From: the human T2T-CHM13v2.0 reference genome, Homo sapiens | NCBI RefSeq assembly: GCF_009914755.1 | Contig: NC_060929.1 | Direction: 5' to 3' (one strand) | Length of the DNA: 64,000 bases | In this document: positions 1 through 16,986 of the stretch, piece after piece | Position numbering within the stretch: the stretch's first letter is position 1 | Layout: every line of letters starts with the position of its first letter | Translations under genes and position numbers: made by a program | The notes under the pieces: model-generated | The model's input: the letters and a program-made list of their open reading frames with translations, nothing else | Databases searched by the model: none | What the model was told of the DNA's origin: nothing

Positions 1-283
1 GAGAGCCAGTCTGAGTCTCAAAACTGAAGAACTTGGAGTCTGATGTTTGAAAGCAAGAAGCATCCAGTATGGGAGAAAGATGTAGGCTGAAGGCTAGGCC
101 AGTCTTGCCTTTTCACATTTTTCTGTTTTATATTCGCTGGCACCTGATTAGATTGTGCCCACCAGATTAAAGGTGGGTCTGCCTTCCCCAGCCCACTGAC
201 TCAAATGTTAATGTCACAAACACACTCAGGATCCATACTTTGTATCCTTCAGTCCAATCAAGTTGACAGTGTTAACCATCACA
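1..283 (-). mobile_element. MLT2A (ERVL) LTR, truncated by window edge, inserted in an L1 3'UTR
   Basis: The reverse complement begins TGTGATGGTTAACACTGTCAACTTGATTGGACTGAAGGATACAAAGTA, the MLT2A LTR start. L1 3'UTR sequence begins immediately after 283. Confidence 0.85.
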
Positions 284-2742
284 TTATTTATCCTGATGTT
301 CTCCCTCCCCCATTCCCCCCACTCCTACAGGCCCCAGAGTATGTTGTTCCCCTCCCTGTGTTCATGTGTTCTCATTGTTCAGCTCCCACTTATAAGTGAG
401 AATATGTGGTGTTTGGTTTTCTGTTCCTGTGTTAGTTTGCTGAGGATAATGGTTTCCAGCTCCTTCTATGTCCCTGCAAAGGACATGATCTCTTTCCTTT
501 TTATGGCTGCATAGTATTCCATGGTGTATATGTACCCACATTTTCTTTATCCATTCCATCATTCATAGGCATTTGGGTTGATTCCATGTCTTTGCCGTTG
601 TGAATAGTGCTGCAGTGAACATACATGTGCATGTATTTTTATAATAGAATAATTTATATTTCTTTGGGTATATACCCAGTAATAGGATTGCTGGGTCAGA
701 TGGTATTTCTAGTTCTAGGTCTTTGAGGAATCACCTCACTGTCTTCCACAATGGTTGACCTAATTTACATTCCCACCAACAGTGTAAAAGTGTTCCTTTT
801 TCTCTACAGCCTCACCAGTATCTGCTGTTTCTCAACTTTTTAATAATCACCATTCTGACTGATGTGAGATGGTATCTCATTGTAGTTTTTATTTGCATAT
901 CTCTAATGATCAGTGATGTTGAGCATTTTTAAATGTTTGTTGGCCATATAAATGTCTTCTTTTGAGAAGTGTCTGTTCATGTCCTTTGCCCACTTTTTAA
1001 TGGGGTTTTTTTCTTGTAAATTTGTTCAAGTTCCTTATAGATTCTGGTTATTAGACCTTTGTCAGATGGATAGATTGCAAAATTTTTCTCCTATTCTGTA
1101 GGTTGTCTGTTCACTCTGATAATAGTTTCTTTTTTTGTGCAGAAGCTTTTTAGTTTAATTAGATCCCAATTGTCAATTTTTGCTTTTGTTGCAATTGCTT
1201 TGACATGCTTATGTCCTGAATGTTATTGGGTTTTCTTCTTGGGTTTGTATAGTTTTGGGCTTTACATTTAAGTCTTTACTCCATCTTGAGTTAATTTTTT
1301 TATAAGGTGTAAAGAAGATGTCCAGTTTCATTTTTCTGCATATGGATAGCCAGTTTTCCCAGCACCATTTGTTAAATAGGGAATCCTTTCCCCATTCCTT
1401 GTTTTTGTTAAGTTTATCAAAGATCAGATGGTTCTAGATGTGTGGTCTTATTTCTGAGGTCTCTATGCAGTTCCATTGGTCTATGTGTCTGTTTTTGTAC
1501 CAGCACCACGCTGTTTTGGTTACTGTAGTCTTGTAGTATAGTTTGAAGTCAGGTAGTGTGATGCCTCCAGCTTTGTTCTTTTTGCTTAGGATTCTTGGTT
1601 GCATATGAATTTTAAAGTAGTTTTTTTCTAATTCTGTGAAGAATGTCAATGGTAGTTTAATGGGAATAGCATTGAATCTATAAATTACTTTGGGCAATAA
1701 GGCCATTTAAGAATATTGATTCTTCCTATTCATGAGCATGGAATATTTTTCCATTTGTTTGTATCCTTTCTTATTTCCTTGAGCAGTGGTTTGTAGTTCT
1801 TCTTGAGGAGGTCCTTCACTTGCCTTGTTAGCTGTATTCCTAGGTATTTTATTCTCTTTGTAGCAGTTGTGAATGGGAGTTCATTCACAATTTGTCTTTC
1901 TGCTTGTCTATTGTTGGTGTATAGGAATGCTTGTGATTGTTGCACATTGATTTTGCATCATGAGACTTAGCTGAAGTTGTTTATTAGCTTAAGAAGCTTT
2001 TGGGCTGAGACAGTGGGGTTTTCTAGATATAGATTATGTCATCTAGAAACAAAGACAATTTGACTTCCTCTCTTCTTATTTGAATAACCTATATTTCTTT
2101 CTCTTGCCTGATTGCCACTGCCAGAACTTCCAATACTATGTTAAATAGGAGTGGTAAGAGAGGGCATCCTTGTCTTGTGCTGGTTTTCAAAGGGAATGCT
2201 TCCAGCTTTTGCACATTGAGTATAATATTGGCTGTGGGTTTGTTATAAATGGCTTTTATTATTTTGAGGCATATTCCATCAATACCTAGCTTATTGAGAG
2301 TTTTTAACATGAAGGGATATAGAATTTTATCGAAGGCCTTTTCTGCATCTATTGAGATAATCATGGTTTTTCTCTTTAGTTCTGTTTATGTGATGAATTA
2401 CATTTATTGGTTTACATATGTTGAACCAGCTTTGCATCCTAAGGAGGAATTTGATTTGATTGTGCTGTATAAGCTTTTTGCTGTGCTGCTGGATTTGGTT
2501 TGCCAGTATTTTATTGAGGATTTTTCCATTGATGTTCATCAGGGATATTGGCCTCAAGTATTTTTTATTGTTGTTGTATTTCTTCCAGGTTTTGGTATCA
2601 GGATGATGCTGGCCTCATAAAATGAGTTAGGGAGAAGTTCCTCCTTTTCAGTTGCTTGGAAGAGTTTCAGAAGAAATGGTACCAACTCCTCTTTGTACCT
2701 CTGATAGAATTCAGCTGTAAATCTGTCGAGTCCTGGGATTTT
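284..2742 (-). mobile_element. L1PA (older, ~L1PA8-13) 3'UTR and 3' part of ORF2, non-inverted portion
   Basis: Minus-strand ORFs match L1 ORF2p RT/C-terminal peptides ([41 protein letters not shown]). There are multiple frameshifts and stops. Confidence 0.93.
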
Positions 2743-4073
2743 TTTGGTAGCAAGCTGGATAAAGAATCAAGACCCATTGGTGTGCTGTATTCAAGAGACC
2801 CATCTCATGTGCAAAGACACACATAGGCTCAAAATAAAGGAATGGAGGAAAATTTACCAAGAAAATGGAAAGCAGAAAAAAGCAGGGGTTGCAATTCCAG
2901 TTTCTGATAAAATAGACTTTAAACCAACAAAGATCAAAAAAAGATAAGGAAGGGCATTACATAATGGTAAAGGGATCAATTCAACATGAAGAGCTAAGTG
3001 TCCTAAATATATATTCATGCAATACAAGAGCAATCAGATTTATAAAACAAGTTCTTAGAGACCTACAATGAGACTTAGTCTCCCACACGATGATAATGGT
3101 AGACTTTAACACCCCACTGTCAATATTAGATAGATCATTGAGATGGAAAATTAACAAATATATTCAGGACTTGAACTCAGCTCTGGATCAAGTGGACCTG
3201 ATATATATCTACAGAACTCTCCACCTGAAAACAAGAGAATGTACATTCTTCTCAGCGCCACATGGCACTTACTCTAAAATTGATCACATAATTGAAAGTA
3301 AAACACTCCTCAGCAAATGCAAAAGAGCTGAATTCATAACAGTCTCTCAGACCACAGCACAAATCATATTAGAACTCAAGATTAAGAAACTCACTCAAAA
3401 CCACACAACTACATGGAAATTGAACAACCTGCTCCTGAATGACTCCTGGGTAAATAATGAAATTAAGGCAGAAATCAAGAAGTTCTTTGAAACCAATGAG
3501 AACAAAGAGACAATGTACCAGAATCTCTGGGACATGGCTAAAGCAGTGTTAAGAGGGAAATTTATAGCACTAAATGCCTACATCAAAAAGCTAGAAAGAT
3601 CTCAAATTGATACCCTAACTTCATGACTAAAAGAACCAGAGAGCCAAAAGCAAACAAACCCCAAAGCTAGTAGAAGACAAGAAATAACTGAGATCAGAGC
3701 AGAACTGAAGGAGATAGAGACATGAAAAGCCCTTCGAAAAGCCAATGAATCTAGGAGCCATTTTTTTTGAAAAAAATTAATAAAATAGATAGACTGCTAG
3801 CTCGACCAATAAAGAAGAAAAGAAAGAAGAATCAAATAGACACAAAAAAAGTGTTAAAGGGGATATCACCACTGACCCCACAGAAATACAAACAACCATC
3901 AGATAATATTATAAACACCTCAATGCAAATAAACTAGAAAATCTAGAAGAAATGGATAAATTCCTGGACACATACACCCTCCCAAGACTGAACCAGGAAG
4001 AAGCTGAATCCCTGAATAGACCAATAACAAGTTCTGAAATTGATGCAGCAATAAATAGCCTACCAACCAAAAA
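2743..4073 (+). mobile_element. 5'-inverted segment of the same L1 (endonuclease/linker region of ORF2)
   Basis: Plus-strand peptides [24 protein letters not shown] and YSKIDH match the APE endonuclease. The segment ends at CTACCAACCAAAAA, adjacent in L1 consensus to where the minus segment starts. Confidence 0.92.
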
Positions 4074-4209
4074 TGAGGATTAGTAATTAGAGAATTAGTT
4101 AGAATATTTAGAAAATTAATAATTCACACATTTAAAAATGATTGATTATGCATACGTTTTTAGAATAATATAGTCATGTTCTTTGCCTCCTTTAAATCTT
4201 CCCCTAAAT

Positions 4210-4830
4210 ATCCCTTTCCTAGTGAGACCTACTTTGACTACCCAATTTGAAATTATAATCTCAACCACCATGTACTTCCTATCTTCCCTTAGTCTGTCTT
4301 CCCTCTTTTAATAGCACTTATCATTTGCAGGCATACCTTATTGCTATGGTTTGAATGTGTTCCCTCCAAGCTTCATGTTGGAAGTTAATCCTCCTTGTGA
4401 TGGTATTAAGAGGTGGGGTCTTTGCGGAAGTGATTAAGTTCATGAGTGGAATACCCTTACATCCACATGAATAGAATACCCTTACAAAAGAGGCTTCAGA
4501 GACAGTTTGCCCTTTTGCCTTCCCATCCCTTCTACTATATAAGAACACCTAGATGGAGTCTTCTATGAGGAACTGAACTTCCCCTGACACTAACCCTGTC
4601 AGTGCCTTAATCTTGGACTTCCCAGCTTCCAGAACTGTGAGAAATAAGTTTCTGTTCTTTATAAATAACCCAGTCTCAGGTATTTTGTCATAGCAGCACA
4701 AACGGGAAAAGACACATATATTATGCTTATTGTTAATTGTCTGTGTACCCCATGCCAACTATAAACTCCTTTAGGAGTTTTGTCTGTTTCATGTGCTTGT
4801 CATGCAGGTGCCTGGTGCATAGTATTTCAG
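4210..4830 (+). mobile_element. L2 3' relic interrupted by a MaLR LTR
   Basis: Degenerate L2 3' motifs (atagcacttatca...; gtgcctggtgcatagta) lie on both sides of the LTR. Confidence 0.5.
4342..4714 (+). mobile_element. MaLR solo LTR (MSTD/MLT1A-like)
   Basis: Starts TGCTATGGTTTGAATGTG and ends CCCAGTCTCAGGTATTTTGTCATAGCAGCACAAAC...GACA. Near 5-bp TSD cttat/catat. Confidence 0.85.
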
Positions 4831-4985
4831 TGCATTAGAAGGATCTTTGTTATAGGGAATTCTAGATTTAGGTCTCTGCTAACAGTCATTTCTATTGTTT
4901 TGTTTTTGTTATTAATTCAAACTAAAAACTCAGAAAGATCTTGAAGGATGACCTGAATGAATAAAAAAAACTCTGTTTGGTATTC

Positions 4986-5050
4986 TTTTTTTTTTTTTTT
5001 TTTTTTTTGAGTCGGAGTCTCACTCTGTCGCCTAGGCTGGAGTGCAGTGG
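4986..5050 (-). mobile_element. Extremely 5'-truncated Alu (42 bp of right arm plus T23 tail)
   Basis: T23 is followed by GAGTCGGAGTCTCACTCTGTCGCCTAGGCTGGAGTGCAGTGG, then non-Alu sequence. Confidence 0.9.
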
Positions 5051-5179
5051 ATAGGAAGAAATACTGTCAAACAAAGAAATGCTATCTCAGTGGTTTTGAG
5101 AAGTGTATTCATCCAAATGCTTGGATCCTGAATTCCTAAATTTCTCCAGGGGTCAGAGAGAAGTATAGAGTAGATATTT

Positions 5180-5510
5180 TAAATAGCCAGCTGGTGTTCT
5201 GAATCTGGCCTACAGTTATATTTCGTTTGGCCTGCATGGTGTTTTTTAAAAGTATGGATTAATGGCAAGTATTTAATAGTTGATAGTTTTCACACAAAAA
5301 TTCAGATTTCCAACCTCTGGAAAATTGAAATATCTGACCATAGTGAACCTTCTTTCCCACGTAGCAACAATTAGCTGAATTGAGTGATGGTGCTCTTTGG
5401 GCAATACTCTAGTTTGCAATAGCTCTCATCTCTCCCTCTTCTCCCTGGTCACTGACATGTAGTGTTAATTACCATTTATCATTGTACATGCACTATGACT
5501 TTTTTCTTGT
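5180..5510 (+). mobile_element. MER102-like hAT-Charlie DNA transposon relic
   Basis: aatctggcctacag...tttggcctgca...aaattcagatttcc...cccacgtagcaacaattagctgaattgag resembles the recalled MER102 consensus. Confidence 0.65.
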
Positions 5511-5559
5511 ATTTGCTCAGCAGTCATGAATTTGCATCTGCTACTGTAGAGGGAAAGCT

Positions 5560-5810
5560 CTCCCTGGAAAGCCTTTTCCTGTAACCCTCTTCTCAGGGCC
5601 AGTGTTAGGCCCTCTCTTCCTAATGCCCCCACAGCATCTAGTCCATACCTCCCTTCAAAACTTATCATTTTAAATAAGTGTTCACTTTGTAATCTTATTT
5701 CCTAGACATGAATATTTTGAGGTAAAGCTCTTGTATTTTGTTGTATCCTCTGGAAACTCAAAGGTGTCTGACATTTAAAAAGTGCTGAATTTATGTTTGT
5801 TTTTAAATGA
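5560..5810 (+). mobile_element. L2 3' end relic
   Basis: Runs from ggaaagccttttcctg to gtgtctgacatttaaaaagtgctgaatttatgtttg, a degenerate L2 tail. Confidence 0.5.
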
Positions 5811-5943
5811 GAGGAATTAAATTTTTTTTAAAACAGATTCTAGGATACAAGACAATTTCCAGGAATAATTATTTCTTTATGATATTCTAATATTTGTCAG
5901 CAAAACTCATTAAAAGGGATACTCTGATGATTGCTGCAGAACA

Positions 5944-6385
5944 AAGCAAGACTAGGGTGAGGCAAGAGAGGTTTCTACAGTGAAATTTAAGGAGACACTC
6001 TTTCTCAGGGTAAGGCAAGTGCCTCCTTAAATTTTGTGCCATAGAGCTACTTAGGAGGCTGAGGCAGGAGGATTGAGGAGGTCAAGATCAGCCTGGGCAA
6101 CATAGTGAGACCCTGTCTTAAAAAAAGAAAAAATTAGCCGTGTGTTGTTGGTTCATACTTGTAGTCCTAGTTACTAGAGAGGCTGAGGTGGGAGGGTTAC
6201 TTGAGCCCAGGAGGTTGAGGCTGCAGTGAACTATGATTATACCACTGCACTCCAGTCTAAGTGACAGAGTGAGACCCTGTCATAAAATAAAATAAAATAA
6301 TAAAATAAAATAAAATAAAATAAAATAAAATAAAAAAAGTTATGCCAGAGAAGCTTCTCTTGCTTCAACATACTCCCAGTCCCAC
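5944..6385 (+). mobile_element. MER96-like palindromic hAT MITE split by an Alu
   Basis: gactagggtgaggcaag...aaatttaaggagacact...agtgcctccttaaattttgtgcc forms an internal inverted repeat. The element resumes after the Alu with cttgcttcaacatactcccagtccc. Confidence 0.7.
6045..6338 (+). mobile_element. AluJ with (TAAAA)n tail
   Basis: Dimeric Alu with J-type gggagggttacttgagcccaggagg. The tail is a TAAAA repeat. Confidence 0.9.
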
Positions 6386-6539
6386 TTCTGAAAGACATAT
6401 ACAAATGGATTTTTAATTTAAAGGTAAAATATTGGTCCTAATTGGAAGGGGTATAGCAGTAGGACTGTAGATTGGTTTTAGGAAACATGACCATGAGAAA
6501 AGATATTTTATTATTATTAAAAAAAAACTTACACTTCTA

Positions 6540-7307
6540 GATGCCTCAAAGATTTTCTTTTTAGGATTGGTCTTAAGCAATTTGATTATGATATGCTTGA
6601 GTGTATTGTCTTTATTTATTTTTATTTTTCGCTTGGAATTTGTTAAGCTTCTTAGATCTGTGAGTTTATAGTTTTCATCAAATTTGAAAAAAAATTAGCC
6701 TTTATTTCTTCAAATATTTTTTTTATCTTCCCCCGTCTCTTCTTGTTTTAGGGACTTATAATTATACATATATCAGGCAACTTGAATTGTTGCACAGCTT
6801 ACTGATAACTTCATTGGTTTTCAGTCTTTTTTCTCTTTGTGTTTTACTTTGGATACTTTGCTATGACTTCAGGCTCACTAATACTTTCTTGTGCAGCATT
6901 TAATATACTTTTAGTCTTATCTAGCATATTTTTCATTTCAGACATGTAGTTTTCGCATATGGAACTTTGATTTGGGTTGTTGGTATGTCTTTTATGTCTA
7001 TGCAAAACAGTCAATTTTTCCTCTTGTTTTCTTATATATGGAATATGGTAATAGTAACTGTTTTAATGTGCTTGTCTCCTAATTCTGTCATCTGTGTCAT
7101 TTCTAAGTTGGTTTCAATGACTGACTTTTCCCCCTCTTTATGGCTTTTACTTTTCTGCTTATCTGCATGCCTACTAATTTTTGATTAGGTGCCAGACATG
7201 GTGATTTTAGTTTGTTGGATGCTGTATATTTTTGTTTTTACTCCTATAAATATTCTTGAGCTTGATTCTGGGACTCAGAGTCTCTTATAAACAGTTTGAT
7301 CCTTTCC
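6540..7307 (-). mobile_element. Old L1M (L1ME-like) 5'/ORF1 fragment
   Basis: agcaatttgattatgatatgcttg and gtttatagttttcatcaaatttg...tttcttcaaatattt are typical of mammalian-wide L1 ORF1 read antisense. Confidence 0.6.
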
Positions 7308-7320
7308 AGGTAACATGGAC

Positions 7321-10520
<3,200 letters not shown>

Positions 10521-11134
10521 GAGGCAGAGAGTAGATTTTCTTCTTTTTTTATTTGTACAGATTCTCTTTCTCCTTATATTTTTCTCAGTTTCCTTAACAA
10601 ATAGACCAACAGCTTTTGATGGGTATACTTTTTTTTAAAAAATGTATTTTTTCCTATTTAGACTTATTCAGAGGATGAAATACCTTTACTTGTGGAGGTT
10701 GGCTGTTAACTACCAACATTTATCTGACTGGGTATATTTTTAGGGTTTGGAAAAATAGATGTTATTATCTTCAGGTTTCAAACTATAAAGGAAAGTCCTA
10801 AATAAATTTCTCATTGTTACTGATTTGGTATTACTCTGCAGAGTTTCCTAGTTCAGGTTCAAAATTACAGCCTGCGTTCATTTTATAATAACACACCACT
10901 TGTTCTACCCTCATATGTAGCACCAGCATGTTTAGTAGTAAAATAGGAGATTGGCAACATCCAGAGAAGAACAAATCATTCCTTTACAGCTTTTCTTAAC
11001 TTATAAAATAAAAATATATATACTAGAAGTACTATAAGTGAAATCTCAAAAATTTTAGGGGCATTCGTCAGATGGTGTTTTCTTTTTTCCTTTCTTTTAT
11101 TATAATTTTTGATCTTTATTTAATTATTAAATAA

Positions 11135-11808
<674 letters not shown>

Positions 11809-11944
11809 ATGTTTTGATAAGGAAACAGTAAAGGATTTAAGCATTGTTTTGAGCATAGTGAAACCACATAATAGGTGCTTTTTTGAAAAGTTGTTTACTA
11901 GTAAGTATCTTGTGAAATTAAATCTAAAGAAATGGATTCACCAG

Positions 11945-12125
11945 TGGTAGAAATAGTGCTGAAAGCATCATTAACAGGCTTGGCTTCTACCTCTCTTTTG
12001 TTGCTACCCAGATGAACTTAAGCAATTTGCTTAAATTCTCTGACCCTCAGTTTCCTTATTTGTAAGCTGTGGTAAACTTTGACCTCCCAGTCTCATAGGC
12101 TGGTCATGCAGAGCACATGATAAAC
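11945..12125 (+). mobile_element. MIR
   Basis: MIR core: aagcaatttgcttaaattctctgaccctcagtttccttatttgtaa. Confidence 0.65.
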
Positions 12126-14738
12126 AAAAATGTAACAAACCATGAAGTATTAGATGTAGTCATGGTATTTCAATAATTAAATATCTCTAGTCATCACTGA
12201 AACTCATTGAGTTCTAATTGTTTTATTAACTTATTTTATCCTGAATAGAATTAGGTTACTGATTTTCTTCCCTAAAATTACAGGCTAGGTTAATTTTAAG
12301 GTAACAGTTCTATTACAGAAACTGTATGGGCGAGGCAGAGCTGTTCTTGCTTGGGATATTACCGAGGAACATATGGGGATAAATTTGAGACTTTGGCCAC
12401 ATTCCTCAGATCCTTGTTATCATCCACTTACAAGGTAGAATGGTCTCTCTACCACATATACTATTGAAAGTAAAGATATATTAGTGGAACAGAGATGTTG
12501 ATTTTCCTTTCTTTGTTGCCTGTGTACATCCTGTGGAGACAGGAGAAATAAGTAAGAAGGGAATGGTAAAATTAGAGTGCTTTCTTGGCAAATGCTTCGT
12601 TCTTGGGCTGCGTTTTGTAACAGGGTGTTCATATTATGCTAATTTTCTATTTTATGATGTGTGCTTTCTAAAGCCCATTTATTCCTAGTACTTTGCAAAG
12701 TTGCAAATAAAGAATATTTACTCTACTAGAAATGTAAATGTAATGTACCCAAAAAATGTAATGTAAAAATATAAATTCACATATTGTAAGAAATTGAGAG
12801 CTTAATGTTAGAGCAAAACTGTAGGATCTCAGAATTTTATGAGGATATGTTTGACTTAGAAAACATTGGGATCATATTTATAGAGCAAGCCTGTGAACGT
12901 TGATTTATAGTAAATATAAAAACTAGATACTGTTATGGACAATATGACTGGTCTATTTTGTATTTAGGGCTTTTCTGGGAAAAATATCTACAAAGACTTT
13001 ACCAAGAAACCTAAATTGTACTGTTGATCTGTTAGTAAAATGCAACTCATTTGATTTTTTTACATGGTAAGGACAAATGTGTCAGCAAAGTTTTTATAAG
13101 CCTATCATGGTACCTTGGAATTCAGGAATAGTAGAATTTCACAAGTCAAGTGAGATAGAGCCATAATGTCAATATTTGTGGACTGATAAATGTGACTTGT
13201 GAAATTTGGCTCTAGTTGCCAGCTGCTTTAGTCTTGCAATTTAAAGTTACATTAGTAATGAAAACTAATGAACACAAAATTTCTATTTTTATAAAAGTTC
13301 CACACAACTGACATAGTTTTTGAGAAAAATAACTTTAAATAGTTTGGCAACTACTGATTAAATATTTGAATCTGGTTTTTTGCACGTAGAGCACATTCTA
13401 TTCATTACATTAACCACACAGTAAATAGATGAATACCACAGTCATTTACTTTGCTTAGTATAACTAAAAAGTTAAGTATTAAATGTGCAATAAATGTGTA
13501 GAAATGAAAGTAATGAGGAACATTATTGGAATGTTGTGCAAAACCCCACAACATTCTTGTATCTTATTATTATGTCTTTCTTGAAATTTAACTGAATAAT
13601 CCTAATGTTATTTCTTATATAATTATATAAAATATTGTTTTCAAATATAATTTTGATTCACTCCTGCATTTCCTCAATTTGTTCAACTAATGCTTTAATT
13701 ACTAAGCCAAAACTTATGTTTAGTTGTTCTTGTTGATCAGAACATTAAAAAAATCATATTGAGAGAAACTTTAATTGGCTGTCAGTGACTTCAGGTCTTT
13801 TTTCTTCAAATATTATTCTAGGTATTATTGCAAATTTCAAAGTAGATAGATAAATAATAACTTTAACCATTATATAAAAATAATGTACTATCTGAGCTTT
13901 AATCAAGTGGTACTTAATTGTTTTTCTTTTGGATTTTTTTTATATTTTTCTGGTGAGCACAGATTAAATGGAATAAGTGTTCCTTTGATAGACATCTAGG
14001 GATGGATGGATTCTTTTAGTCTGCCATTAAAACTGAAAAATTAGGATTTCAGATGACATTTTCAATGATAATTAAATTTCATAGTTTCTGCCTTTGACAT
14101 GTTTATGTATATTTTTTACATATAATTAAAAATGGGAGAGGGTGAGTTATTTGGAGGGAAGATTGGTAGCTATATTTACTGAATGTAAATAAAATAGATG
14201 TAAAATTAAATGATGTAAACACAAATAACATAAATCTAAACTTAAACTGATGATGACAGCATTTTCAAGAGCTCTAAACAATTCTGCATGTAATACTTTA
14301 TTTCTGGGTAGGAATCACACACAGATGATGAAATTTTCTTTAGGTTTATCTTGTAACTGAAAGACCTGTGAGGACCTCAATGCTTAGAGAAAATATGAAA
14401 ATTAGATACATTTCCTTATGTATTTTCACTGGTAACCATTAATGGAAAACAACACAGGGTATGTATCTTTTCTGCCGAAATTGCAAAGAGCCGTGTTATT
14501 GCAGGCTTTTGTTTCAAACATCTATAATACTTTCAAGAAAGGGTGAAGGTATATAAGAAATCATTTTTATTTCCCTTTCAGGATGAGAGCTGGAAAATGG
14601 TTAATCACCAGAATATGTTTTTAAACTTACCCATGAAATGTAAATGGAAATAATTTAGTATGAGAAACTAATCTGGAGTTGAGTTCTTAAGACAAGAAGA
14701 AATATGCTTTAAAAAGAATTGTTGAATGAAGTATCTCA

Positions 14739-15065
<327 letters not shown>

Positions 15066-15136
15066 TTATGCATCAATAAAACATTTATTTTCTGTTTATA
15101 TATTTTTCAAAACTGTTTGACAACTTTAGTCCAAAG

Positions 15137-15549
15137 CAGAGGGGAATTTACCATAAAAGTAATAAAGCTTAAACTTTAGGGCATGTGAGGGGTCCTTTTA
15201 AAAGATTGACATGCTGGAAAAAAGACAAAATTAGCTTTCTTGTCATTCTGGAAGATGATATTTTCTAATAATTGATACTTATAGAAGTGGTCAGAGAGTA
15301 TGCAGCCAAAAGAATATAAGAAAAATGTATTATAGAAATTTGTCTGGCAGACAGAAAATATTATTTGTTTAAATTGTTGTGATGTTTATATTTTTCAGCT
15401 TCTTAAAAATCTATAATTTCTTGTGATTTCTCATTCTAAAAAAAGTGCACTTTTGTACAAAATAATAACTTTGTTACTTTTTTTAAAAGAAAATTTTCTT
15501 AAAACGTCTGGCTTTTCAAGGCCCTCAGCATAGAGGAATCTCTTTGCTG
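15137..15549 (+). mobile_element. MER115/Zaphod-like hAT-Tip100 relic
   Basis: The start CAGAGGGGAATTTACCATAAAAGTAATAAAGCTTAAACTTTAGGGC matches the recalled Zaphod/MER115 left end. Confidence 0.6.
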
Positions 15550-16334
15550 TTAATTGATAGACTTAAGAATAATGTAATTTCTAAAGTCAGATTCCTATAA
15601 AGGATATGTTAGATTTATTTTAAAATACTTTAATTTATGTGGATTTTAGTTGTCCAATGCAGTACTAAATGGGCCATTTTATTTCAATTTATTATTTATA
15701 ATATCACCATGAAACACACGCCTTTTAAAAGACAAACAGAATGAATCATTTCATATTGCAACTTCAAATTTGTAAACCATTTCTCCTAATATGGATAAAT
15801 TGTTTGTGTTTCTAAGGTGAGATTTTTGTTCTGCTGATTAAGAATGATATTTTCTATGCTTTTACCGCAACTTAAGTTTCTTCTCTTTTTTATGCTATTT
15901 TATTCTGTTGTTTGAATTTTAAAGAAATTTTTAGGAATGAGAAAACTTACATTAGGAATGTAAAAGATTTTCACAAAATGCAGAAGAAATAGATTCATTT
16001 TGAGAAGACTGAGTTCTTCATCAAGTCCCACACATAATAATCCTTTTTCTGTTTTGAAACTTATAAGAACAATATTCAGAGAATTAATCTATGACCTTCA
16101 AATGTTTCTCCTCTTGCACTGTTAATCAAAGAATTTCTAACCATAGCATTAGAACCATTACCTATATCTATTCTCATTTTTTAAACAAAGTATTTATTGT
16201 CATTGTAAATAAAACTCCCTGGGTGGTATACAATTCTGAGGGCTATGTTGCTAGGAGAGGGAAATCTCTGTAGTGTTCTTAGAGTCTAGGCACACCACCA
16301 CTTCTCAGTAGACTTTTTGGAGGCGTCTCAGTAT

Positions 16335-16560
16335 ATTCATTACTAGTTGAGGCCTGGAACCAGACTGCCTGGGTTTAAATCCTGGCTGTGCCACTCATTT
16401 GCTAGTGAATATAGGCAGATCACTTAACCTGTTTGTGTTCCTCTTCCTCCTCTGTAAGATGCTGGTGATAATCATAGTCTTAGAGTTGGTTAATATGTAA
16501 ACAAGTGCTTTTTCAGTATGTGGCACATGGTAAATACACAATAAATATAAATTATTGTTA
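16335..16560 (+). mobile_element. MIR
   Basis: ccagactgcctgggtttaaatcctggctgtgccactc...ggcagatcacttaacct...tggcacatggtaaatacacaataaat. Confidence 0.8.
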
Positions 16561-16627
16561 TAATGGTACAAGAATAATAAATAATTTGGGGACCTTTCGT
16601 TCTCAACAAGGAACAGTAGTTGGCCTC

Positions 16628-16986
16628 TGTCTTAGTCCATGTAAGCTGCTATAACAAAATACCTTTGAGTGAGTAATTTATAAACAACAGAGATTTACTG
16701 CTCACAGTTCTGGAGGCTTTAAAGTCTAAGACCAAGGTGCTGGTAGATTTGGTGTCTCGCTCTCTGCCTCATAAATGATGCCTTCTTGCTGTGTCCTCAC
16801 ATGGCAAAAAAGGGCTGAAAAATCTCCCTCCGGCCTCTTTTGTAAGGGCACTAATCCCATTCATGAGGGCACAGTCTTTATGACCTATTCACCTCCCAAA
16901 GGCTTCACCTCTTAATATCACCACAAGGAGATTTGGTTTCAACATATGAATTCTAAGAGGATACAACAAATATTCAGACCATGCTA
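16628..16986 (-). mobile_element. MLT1A/MLT1A0 MaLR solo LTR
   Basis: tgtcttagtcc...gctgctataacaaaatacc...aagggcactaatcccattcatgaggg...attcagacca. Confidence 0.85.

Noticed and set aside
14631-14685. Possible 55-nt minus-strand exon (ttcttcttgtcttaag|...CATGG|gtaagt)
   Set aside because: It is not frame-preserving, has no partner exons and gives an unrecognised peptide, so it is likely a chance match.
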